Origin: Bugula neritina
Taxonomy: Eukaryota; Animalia; Bryozoa
Length of the DNA stretch: 64,000 nt
Direction of reading: 5' to 3'
Assembly: GCA_964035545.1 (NCBI GenBank)
Contig: OZ037765.1
Location: forward strand, 26,535,504-26,599,503
The notes under the pieces were generated by a model, which was not told the origin of the DNA, did not search any database, and was given only the letters and a program-made list of their open reading frames with translations. A program made the translations under genes and the position numbers. Shown here piece by piece: positions 37,397 through 49,100 of the stretch; within the stretch, counting starts at the first letter, position 1; every line of letters starts with the position of its first letter.

Positions 37397-38112
37397 TGTA
37401 ATAATTTTATGCGTAGAATGTTATGATTCGCTGCATGCAATTATTGGTGTGGGTTGTTAGCTGATTGAACACAGTGACTCTTTGTAGGAGGGTATTTATG
37501 CACAATAAATAAGAAATGTAATACTCACAATCCCCTTTATTTACTCCATAATATATATAAATCCAAAAATAGCAGTTAGGGAGGACAACTCCTTACATGT
37601 ATGGAAAACTTACTAGTAAACTGGTAAACAAAGTATAAGATAGTTAACTAAGTGTGTTATTGTCCTGGCTTGGTAGCTCCGGGATGTGTCCTGTTGTGCT
37701 GCTGGCTGAAGACTGACTCTACTGTGTTGAGGGCCTCCTTTTATACGTTGGGAAACATTTCCACTAGAATGTTCCGAGCGAATTCGAGGGAATTCGCTCG
37801 AATCGCAGGGATTCGCAGGGCTAGAATAAAGGAATCGCTCGAATCGAGCGAACTTCGCAGGGAAATCCCGGTTATCTTGATTATATAAGTGTTCCTGTGA
37901 GCCGTTAGAAACAATAGCTAATCCAGTCACGTCAGTAGTAATAAGTAGCTGGGAATAATAGCTAATCCTATCATTGCCAACATAACACTTAGCTGTTACA
38001 ATACTATGGCTATGTAATGATGTATATCTAAGAAAACACGCATTCCATGGGAATGAAGATAATAATAGTAAGGGGAATACAAGCATTAGTTACTATACAC
38101 AATTTTACCACA
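37397..38112 (-). repeat. 5' LTR with TATA box and Inr
   Basis: Minus-strand TATAAAA at 37739-37745, TCAGTC Inr at 37711-37716 about 31 nt downstream, AATAAA further downstream, kB-like GGGAAATCCC at 37860-37869. Confidence 0.93.
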
Positions 38113-39758
38113 TTATTGATAATTACTAAGCAAAGTATTAAATAATTATGATAGCCACCTTTTCAGATGCCAAAACTTTGACTTTCAGTACTATGATTAA
38201 GAAAACTCAATTATATGCAGTAGAAGGTAAAAAAATGGGAGAATTCAAATTGAATTTAAATGACTATTAAAACTTAGTTTCATTAGCTATTTTCTTTGTA
38301 ATTTTAAGCCTAACAGTCCTGTGTGTTCATCAATAATCTGCAAGACAGCCAATAATTTTATATAAGCTGTCAAGCTAAAAAATTAAAAGTAATTATTTTA
38401 AATTGGCCAAATTACCATACACTGAAAGCTTTGCTGCGTATAGTTTATAGCTGGAATTAAATTTTAGACTACGACCATCTTGTTTTCAACAGTAGTAGCT
38501 TTATTCACTCAAATAGGTAAACAAATTAAGAGGAGGCAACTTCGCGAGATCGATCTGACACTCTCATGGAAAAACGATCGATCTGAGCACATTTCTCAGG
38601 TCGGTACATGGAAAGCCCGTGAATATTCCAGTTCAGTGCTAGCGACTCTTAAAAGAGTTCAAGTTTCTTATTTTTAGAGTGTGATGCGGGAGTACTAAAA
38701 ACACCTCGATAAAGTTTGTATTTATATAGCGTTTCAATTCTCCTCCATCACATCTAAACATCTATTTCAGCGACTACCATTTAGTTTTTTTTCATGGAGA
38801 GAATTTAATTTTATGCATACACATCATACCTCAGTGAGAAAAAACCACCATACCTCAGTGATTTTTTCATTTTATACTTTTCCATCGTGATTGTACCAAA
38901 GCTTTAGTAAAATCCACAATTAATATTATCATAAATAATTACTCGAAGACGTTTTTATAGCCACCGGTGTTACTATCACTGTGACTTATGAGTTAGACTT
39001 AACTCTTAAGAGTTATGAGTAGAACTATAACTATAAGATTAAGAATAAGTATAACTTATAAGTTAAAGTAAATTAGTATTACTTTGTGATTGTCTTTAGA
39101 GTTAAACTTAGAGTAAGAGTTTAGTTTTTAGACTTTACTACTTAATTAATTAAAGTAAACTGCTTCTAATATCTAATTCTAATACTAATACTAATAGTAA
39201 TAGCTATAGCCTATACTTAGTCTTATATTTATATTATAATAATATTAGTAATACTAATACTAATAGCAACACCTAATTTTATAGTAATAAACAGATAGTA
39301 ACACTTATATTTGTAGTTGTGTTCTTATAGTTATACTTATACTTATAGTTATACTAATAATAATAGTTATGGTAATGCTAATAGTAGTAGTGATAAGTTA
39401 TAAATTATTTGCTCTGGTGATTTAATTAATTAATTTCTGCAGAGTTGTTTATGGTAGTTTTCTTGCAACCAGAATTATGCTCATTTTTTGTCAACAAACT
39501 TTTTTGCAAAATACCATTATATTTATTAATTTTATTCATACTACTTTTTAATGTTAAAGCATTAACTATGTTTGTTGGCTATTGTTTAAAAACTCTACAA
39601 ACGCTCATAGTAACACTAATAGACACTCACTACATAATTAGGTCAAACACAATTCATTGATGGTCATTTTTATAACTTTAATAAACTTAAATAAATGTGT
39701 CATGTTTTTTGATTTCCTATGCAGATTCATGTATTTGATGTGCCGATAATATAAACAG

Positions 39759-42589
39759 ATGACTCGGGAGTTGGAAGACAGTAGAGAGACTGTCAGCTGT
39801 GCTGTCTGTACGCAGCTCTTTCAAGATGCACGCATTCTTAACTGCTCCCACTCATTCTGCCTGCAATGCCTGATTGGCTGTCAGTCTCAGGCTGGCTCAG
39901 ATGGCCTGACGGAACAGCACTGCCCTATATGCAGAGAATTGACCGTCCCGAATTTGGATGAGCTTCCACAGCTGCCACCTAATGTTTTTGCGAATAAAGT
40001 AGCGGAGCTCATTCGTGAAAATGATCGTCAAAATAACCGTAGTCAATCTAATAATGACGGTTAGTGCTGATTTTCTTAGGTTTTATATGTGCTACAACAT
40101 TGAAGCAATTTTTCAATCCTTTTTATTGACATCAGTTCTCATATGGATCATACAGATTTGTGAACAATAATATTTATATTTTAATTTGAATTCATTTTTT
40201 AATTAGCAGGATATTTTCCTATCAACTTGTAGGTAACTGAATAATCAATAGACATACACTTATAGGTATATATATATCGGAATATGGTTTTCTCTGGTGA
40301 CCTTCGTCTCACATAATTTGTTACATGTAGAGTTGTGCTATAGGGAAAGTGAATATTTCTTCCAAAGCATATTTTAAAATGAATGTGAATTTAAGCCGGA
40401 GATCTCAATAAACTCTAGGAATTACTTTGCATGGTTAGAGAGCTCAATCACAGAATGTCCGCTTTTAGCATAAAATTAGAGGAATATAACTCAATTTGTG
40501 TGCAGAAGATGATATGTGCACATCATATTTTACCTGCATTTTATGGACCAAAGGCCTAAGTTGTGAAGATAGTACAACTTTGTTGTTGCTTGTAGAAGCA
40601 GAAGAAGACTTGGCTTCTCGTTTTTACGTCGGGGATTTATTGAGGAGTGGAAGGGAGGAACCTGAAGCACAGCCTGTTTGGGCTGGCCACACCACAGCTA
40701 TGATTTCTCTCTCAGTTGTGGTGGCGTGTTGCAGCTATCTATTCGGTGGAACTGTCTTAGGAAGCTTGGTGGCTCTGTGTGTTATTGGAACTGGCATCTC
40801 TTTAGCTCTAACAACTCAGCAAACTACTTTCCAGCAGTTGGAGCATGCTTACACTTGTAACGGCTGTAACTACAAACAGATAGCTGTTTTGAGATACAAA
40901 TGCGGGTGAGTCACTTTCTTGTAACTAAGGTATTGTAAAACATTGTAACATGTAATCTGTGAATTATAACTTGTGTTCGTTAATAAAACTCATACAGGTT
41001 TATAATCGCTATCCCTGTGAGGAACCCCTGATGAAAAGGGTTTTTTTTAAAGCAGGCTAAGGACTTATTTAAATGAGGCACAGGCGCAATTATGACTGGA
41101 TGCTCTTCCTAACATCACCAAGAGCCTGTGTCCGGGCTCGAACCCATGACCTCGTGTTTATTTGGCAAATGCTCTAACCCCTAGACCACGGCTGCTCTCT
41201 CTTGTGTTCATGTAAGAGCTGCCACTATATGATGAAAGTTTGCTTTATGTTGACTGCGTTGTACACCTTACTTTACAGAATGTGCAACGATTTCACTCTG
41301 TGTTCACGTTGCTTTGCTGAGGACAATCTGTCTCAACGAAAGCATATTTTTCTAAAGTTGAAGTTTCTGCAGAGACGAGAGCTACCTCTAGGGCCCCTTC
41401 TAAAGTCCCAGGTTCTAGTATCATTCTCAATGGCTACATAATTGACTTTTTATGTCATTAAGTAGTTAAATTGTTGTTATGGTTTGACCAGTTATTCTGA
41501 ATACTTCGACGAGATAAAAAAATTAAAGTTAAAAACAAAATTATGGTAGATGGCATTATGAGAGATTGAGTCAAATTTCTACATAATCTTGTTGGTTATA
41601 TGACTAATCTTCAAAGTATGTCAATAATACGAAATATGACTGTTTCCTGCCATATTTCGTATTGTTTGAGCTTATAGTAGATATAACACGCTGTGTACAT
41701 TCTAGTCTAATGGTAATGTTTTCTACAGGCATTCGGGCTGGCTGAGACTTTTGATTTCAAAAGCCGCACACATGGCCGTGCATACGTTCACAATCCTGAT
41801 AGATTGCTGAGAATACCAGCTATAAAGTGCTCTTTCTGTGGCGCAATGCCAATACAGGGTGTACGTTACAAGTGTGGGTAAGTTATTGTGATGTATGCAA
41901 GTGATATGCATCAGGTTTACTTTAAACTGGCTGTTGCAGGAAATTAGCTGTTAATTTTTAGTTTGAATATATATTTTCACCTCCAGTATGTTACATAATT
42001 AGTTGTACCCTTGTTGAACATTTTAATCATTTTACTTGGTATAGCTGAGGGCAACCTCAAAAAAGTTGTTAATGAGCTGAAATATAAGAAAAAATTTGGT
42101 TTAATTATTTTAGTAATTTAGTTTTTCTAAATGCTGAAAATAGAGCTATTATGTAACATTATATAATGTTCATATTTAGTATAAATCTCTCTGAGTTGAT
42201 GAGATTCTAATAGTATAATAATATGATGACTAATCCAGGATTTAATCACTTCTATAACTTGAGGCTTAACTATTGACTCTCTCTCACCATTCAAATTTGA
42301 AATCACCTATTGAATATTGATTCATGAAAATGTGTATTTGTGGAGTTTATAGTAACATTTTAGTAGAGCGAGTGATGGCATGTGTTGTAATATTATTGTT
42401 GTAGGATGCGTTGTATTGTTGTAGGATGTACTGTATTGTTGTAGGATGTGTAGTAACTATGACCTCTGTAGTAACTGTGAACCATCTTCAGAGATTATTC
42501 ACAACAAGTCTCATGTATTCCTGGTGCTCAAACACAAAGCTGAAATTAATTTAATCTCGGAACCGCTACTTCGTGCTCATTTCTACTAA
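39759..42589 (+). CDS. RING(C3HC4) - hydrophobic hairpin - ZZ - ZZ protein, paralogue B
   Basis: Exons 39759-40059, 40596-40905, 41279-41411, 41729-41877, 42445-42589. The last three exon lengths (133, 149, 145 nt) and all phases match paralogue A; C-terminus ISEPLLRAHFY vs ISEPLCRAYFY. Confidence 0.88.
40981..41200 (-). mobile_element. tRNA-derived SINE, copy 1
   Basis: Reverse complement of the 58569 element (A-box, GGTTCGAG B-box, shared body); flanking direct repeat CTTGTGTTC. Confidence 0.8.
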
Positions 42590-43136
42590 AGTTATGTACA
42601 GTGTCAATTGGATATATAGCTTTATAAAATTTACAACTGCTGCGTGCCTATTGTTGTTTTTTAAGTTTATGTGGGAACAAAATAGAATGTGTATTTAATT
42701 ATTTTTATTTTGTAAGGTTAGTTTTAAGCCAAATATTCTTGTTTCGAACTTTATGATTATTCAATTTGCGTTGATTAACTTGCTTATATGAATCTCTATT
42801 CAAGAACTTTTATTTAGTATCTGCATGATTGTTTATGTATTTTCTTTTATATTTTATATTCTAATGTTTTATATTTATATTATTCCGATGTAGTCATATG
42901 GAGCTTATCTACAAAGCATTTCAGATTAATTGTTGAGTAATTGTTCTAAAAATATTATTATATGTGAAAAGTTATATGCAAAAAAATGATTTTAAAATAA
43001 ATATTTACACGACAACTAACATTAAATAAATTATTTTGCATAACTCTGCATAAAATTAAAAGAAAACCTGGGTGTCACATAAATATAATAAGATCATATC
43101 ACACTGTTACAGATCTGCTGCATAATGAACAAGCTT

Positions 43137-46100
43137 CTAGTTTGTTCTAAAAGCTAAGAGATGCTGCAATAAGCCATCAATTTCAGTACCAGATGCTGTA
43201 GTATTTCTATGTATGCAGTGTGCTATCTCTTCTGGCTGTAGCTGAAGGTCAAATATTTCATTGTACTCAGATATTAGCCACCGACATTGTTCAGCTTTCA
43301 TCGAGCCTACAAATGATTGCAATACTTCATAGCCTATAATACTTGTTTTATAATATTATATACTTGTTTGACGTCAAGCTTTAACAGGTATAAGCTATAT
43401 TTTAGTTACAGGTAAATCTATTCTCACCTATCTCCGCTTTGTCCTGTTCGGGTAGCGGGAGTTACAGGTAAAACTATTGAAACTGCTATATTAACATAAA
43501 AGCTTACAAGTTTTCGCTTTCATCTATTTTGCCTTGTTGCATATTTAATTAATCTAACTGCTACAACTTTATATATTTTGATGGCAATTGTAGAAAATAA
43601 CTATTCCACTCTATGCTAAATTAGTGTAAGATTACTAATAATACGCCATATAGCTGCAAATAGACTGATGAGCTTCATACCTTTTCGGTCTAAATCATGT
43701 CTGTACAGTGCTTCTGCCATCTTTCTAAACCCAGCAAACCATGGATCTGACACTTCCTGTAAAACAAATATTTAACTAAGTTATAGTTGGTGGCAGATAG
43801 AAAAATTCTATATATTTTTAATATATCTGGTTAAGAAGTATATAAACAGACTATACATGTGTTAAATGTTGATGAACAGAAATTTTTTTTAATGGCAAGT
43901 AAATAATTTCAACAAATAGTATGGAAGCCAACCTTAGACCAGGGTTGAACTTTAGGAATAGTAGAGAGTCCAAGGCCTCGGGGACTGACTTGCTCTTGCT
44001 TGCCAGTTGCCTCTACCTTACCAGCTCTCTGTGTACTCAGAGCAGCTGGAGCAGATACATTCTGATGCTGTAGAGTTCTGTTAGGCATAAAATCTGTCTT
44101 CCCATGAGCTGTTCTTTCTGGAGTTGGTTGCAGCGTTTCTTTAGTGTCAAGATGAAGTGGCTGCAGAAAATATAATAAGTGTTTTTAGAAGTCATAGAAG
44201 TCAATAGCTAAAACAAAATTGACTCTTTTAATTTTACACTTACGCTAAAAATGGTTATTAGCTGCAAGTTCAAATGGCAGCTAGTGTGGTATTTAGCATA
44301 TAAAAATCTGCCAATTGTTGTAATAACCAGTTTAGGTAGCATTAAAGTTAAGTTATTTTAGATGTTTGTGACCTTACATGTTTTTGGTAGCAATCAATGT
44401 TTCGTGCAGTTTTATGAAGTTTTGGTTTCATTTTACAAGCAATGTTTCTGTTTAACGGAATTTGTACGTTTAGATTTTAGACCTGTCTTAATGTGTTTAG
44501 AATACATTTCATAAGGCAGCAAACCGTATTATAAACTCCATTATAGATCCAGAGTTAAGGAGACATTTTACATTCTCCGAGTGTGATAACTCCAATATTA
44601 TTAATTATGGTCATAATGTAAAGCACTACTTTAATTGTTTGTGCAATAATCTCAATTTATCTAAAGCTAACAGCTCGCTTAGTTACTTGAATGTAAATAA
44701 GATAGTTGTAATTGCTGATCTCATACAAGTATGTTACAGTTTAGCCCAAGACTCATTACTTATTGTGATGTCACTTAAACACTATGTAGCTGTAATATTT
44801 AGTAATCCTGTAAAGGACTAAGGCAATGAAGCTAATAGTGTACATGTACATTTTATACGTAATAGGCATGCTATAGTATACTGTACTTTGTATACCTTAT
44901 ATGTATGTAACCTTATGTTTCTGGGGGACAGAGCAATATTCTGAAGGTGCATTGCTCCGAAGGTGCATTGCTCCGAAGGTGCATTAGTCCGAAAATTAGT
45001 AGAATTATTATTAGAATTAAAATTATTTATTGAACATTTCAAAATAGTTGCTCTGAGCAACAGGAAAATCTACAACATGGTTTTCAAATTTTAGTTTAAG
45101 TGAGGTTTTATTTGGCAGACCTGAACTCTTATATACTAATAATGTTGCCCTCATCTACATACCTTGTGGGGTTATTTGGTTTGGTGTGCAGCTTTGGTTA
45201 TTTAATTTTAGAGCAGCGTGCAAGATGTTTATTATTTTTTGTCTCCAATGCTTGTATTTACTGATATAAAGAATAATAGCATCATGCAGTTTAGCAGCTT
45301 ACAGATAATTTTAGATATTAAATATGTAATATCAAATAATTAACTGCCAAGCCAGAAATTTACTATTTCATTCAATACCAATAATTTTTTGACACCAACT
45401 TCAAATGCAAACTATTTTTTATAAAATATGAGGTAAACTTTTATCAAGCTTATCATAAATACAGTACATTAGACCCAAAATGTTTGCTTGGCTTTAATAT
45501 TTTTTACTTTAGTTTTTCAGGTAATAGTCAACATATGAAGGGCCTATATAAGCTGACTGAGTGTAACTAGAATAGAATTGCAGTCACTATAGCCATTGAA
45601 CTGGATATTTTGAGTTCATTGCCTATAGCTGTCATTTTTATATAAACTGTGAAATAAAATTTTTTATTATATTATCATCATGAAGTAACTTCAGTGAACA
45701 CTTGGAGATGATGAGATACTAATGCGTACATTACTAATTACAGGCGTGCTAGCTGGCAGGCTGGTGAATAGCTTGCTGTGTACATAGTTTATGGAGCAGC
45801 CGCAATGGAATGTTGATAGATGATGCAGCCCTTATCTGAGGCAGCATCATAGCGTAATCTCAGGCTAAAACATTATAAGTATGCCACAGGCATGCCACCC
45901 ACAGCTAGCAATAATATAGCAAGATTGTAAGTGAAATTTATGATATTCTCAGGGATATGATACTCTATCTACTAATTTTCGGACCAATGCACCTTCGGAA
46001 TAATGAACCTTCGGAGCAATGGGCCTTCGGAATATTGACTAGTCACCAACACTATTGAATACATTTATGTAATATTTATTTTAAATATTACTGTACCTTT

Positions 46101-49100
46101 GAATTAGATGGTGCTTGCTCGCTGTTGATAGGTTCAAGTCGAACTCGTGATGGGTCCGGGTGTGGCCAGTTTTCATTTGGCTGCAAATATTTCTTGGCGT
46201 ATTCTAATGGTCGTTTACTCTTGGGAATAAACAAGCCTGTAGCTTGAGGTTGAACTCTCTCAAGAATTTCAATAAAATCTGTCCACCTACAAAGTATAGT
46301 AAAATGTCAGTAAAACTATTGATATTCTGTACACTAATTCTGTAGCGTATGAGAATGTTCTAGGGAAACAAAAAATGTCCAGTATTGAGAGAAAAAAGAA
46401 AATTATTGGAGTGATGTGCTGAATCTATAATACATTTATACCAACGAAAATATTTTGAACACTCGCCTTGCAGCGACTGATTGTATCTCGTTAAAAATAA
46501 ATTTGGTTACTCACAGGTATTGGCCATCCCCATGTGTATGGCAATGTGCCAGCATTTCATTGATTACTTGTTCGTGAATAGGAACTTTCATTCTTTTGCA
46601 AATTTCTTTTACCTAAAGTAGGTTTAGAAAGCTGATAAGAATTTAAATAATGCAGACTTAAAAGTTCTAAACTTGTATTTAGTGCCACTTATACAACAAA
46701 CAATATTTGTTTGTTTACTATGACCAACAAAATTTGAATAAATAATGATTTATTATAATTGAATTGCAGAAAGTTTGTAATAACGCTGAGAGTGAAACCA
46801 AGCTATCATGTATTAGATATACAAGCACTAAAGAGGTGTTTATTTTCAGAACAAACTGGTAGAATATTAAAGGGTGCCAGAGGTTGATATACCTGAGATT
46901 GTGAGAGAGTCAGCCTGTGAGAGCGATCAGCCTTGCTAAATGCTGCCCTCAACTGCTCAGTGTCAAGTGGATTGTCTGACTGCAACAACTGCTGCTGCAA
47001 CATTCGAAGTAAGTTCCCTTCTGAGCCAAGCTGCTCTGTGTGTGGGCTACAAAAGTTTTAACATGGTGGACAAGAAATTTCCAATAGCATAATCTGTAGA
47101 TTTTATAATGCCACAAGCACTTTTCAAAGTATTGGGGAAAAGAAATAATATTGAAAAATGATGAAGTTGTACGCCAGTTAATCAGGTTATAAAGTTTTAT
47201 CTGTAAGCACCCATATTTCATTTCTATAAGTTTGATCTATCTAATGCAAACAACTAAGAACAAGACCTGATGTGCTGTCGCCTAGCAACTGGCTAGACAA
47301 ACATCAATAACAGAGTTATATGCACACTAAACACATGAGCATTATAAGGTATGCTACTACAGTATCTTCAGATCTATAGTATACTTTGCAAACTTGAATA
47401 GAATGATAAAACAAATTTATGGATTACAAATATGGCATCAGATTTGAAAATTACATCCCAGCTTAAATACAGACAGCTCTATACTTTAGTTTGTATATTG
47501 TAGCCTAAATATAAACACTAATTGCAGTATCAGAATGTGTTCCCAGTTTACAGGCCATTTCAACTTGCAATAAGTACAACTAACTATAATATAATATACG
47601 CGTACCACATTACTGTTCATTATAATCTTCAAATGTTAAGATAAGGAAAATGAATTCGCAGGAAGCATTTACAATTTATACAACAAAAAGACAAAGAAAG
47701 TTAAAAGGTAGAGGAAGTAAATCTGGAAACATGCCACAGAATTGAAAGTGAAATAAATAAAATATATGCATGTATAGAAATATGAGTAAAGAATTACAAA
47801 TAGAGTTTGGCTCATAACATAATCACATACTATAATTAAAGGATAAGAGGCATCAAGAAAATTGAAATGAAATAGACCTATAATTATATCTATTTCATTA
47901 TAAAGATTAGAAATCATTAACTGGCAGAAATATAATGTCATTTTGACTTTTACCTTCTAGAACTGTCAAAAGAAATATTATACATATATAGAGATGCATC
48001 TATACCTTCAAGATAAGTTAATTATACTATACAGCGTTTTCTTTATTATCATTCAGCAGGTTCATAAGGAATGTTTCATTAGAAACCAAAAATAAGCAAA
48101 TTCACAGGTTAGAAAATGTAATCTAACAGAATTTGCACAAACCTAAATGTGTCAAAGCTGTCATCACGTGGTGAATAAAAACTTGGTTCCCCATTCTGCA
48201 TTTCTCTGCTAAAACGTATTCAATATAAGTTTTATGTAATATGAGAAGCACAACTAGCACACAAACAGTTATATACAAATATAATATAGTGCGGGCCAAG
48301 ATGGGAAATTTAGTAATAAAAATAGAGAAACTAAATCAAAGTGCAAACCTCTTCTTTATAGCTGTGATGAGAAAGGAGAGCATTTTCTCATAGTCAATGA
48401 ATCCTATGTCTTTGGATGAAACACATGTGGATGCCAATAAGCGCAGTGTGTTGAGATTGGGATAAATCTGCATAAGAAAATGATGTAAACTTTTTATAAC
48501 TAATATTGCCTATGTAATATTAACTAGAAAATGTACTAAGTTCAAAAAACTTGCTTTACTTTACAGTTCATCAAAATAAATGTCTAGGACAATAAAAACA
48601 GTGTTCTCAAACTATCCTCATCTTGAACACTGAAGTTAAAAAGCAAACAGTTGCTAAAAGACAGAAATAAATTTATTTTATGTTGAAGTAAAGTCCTAGA
48701 TGTAAATTTTGTATGATTAAAACTGGTACAGTGAAAATTTTTATTATAGCAAAATTGATTAAAACTTTTATTTGTAATGCATGCCTTAATGTCTTATGTC
48801 AATATTCATAGTATTAATTAAATGGCCTTCTTAAAAGATATATTTGACTAACCAAATTTGTTTAAGCACTTCAAGTCATATACTTAAAGTAATTAATCAC
48901 CATTTAAGAAGTTCACTAATTATTTTTGGTATAATAAAGATATCCCTATCAAGTGCATGTAAACTTATAACTCACTCCATGCTTTTGTAAAGCTAAGCCA
49001 AAGTCGGTATAACTGCCCCAGCCACTGAGACTATGGTCTTTGGCAGCCATTTCCTGATACACGTGTTTCGTCTGATCAACATCACAGTTGCTGACATCTG

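Larger units (their letters stand above)
29465..38112 (-). mobile_element. Full-length Ty3/Gypsy LTR retrotransposon with three ORFs
   Basis: Two 716-bp TG...CA LTRs, 4-bp TSD TTAT (29461-29464 and 38113-38116), tRNA-Leu PBS, PPT, and intact gag, pol (PR-RT-RH-IN order) and ORF3. Confidence 0.97.
29333..38621 (-). mobile_element. Same MITE family, copy 2, inverted relative to copy 1 and split by the Gypsy insertion (segments 29333-29464 and 38113-38621)
   Basis: Termini CACTGGCTTTCCATGTACCGA and TCGGTACATGGAAAGCCCGTG; TSD AAT/AAT. Removing the LTR element restores GATAACTTATTG(A/T)TAATTACTAAGC, collinear with the reverse complement of copy 1. Confidence 0.85.

Noticed and set aside
25552-42589. 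One recent inverted segmental duplication covering both genes and MITEs
   Set aside because: The genes are far more diverged than the MITEs, introns do not align, and each MITE has its own TSD.
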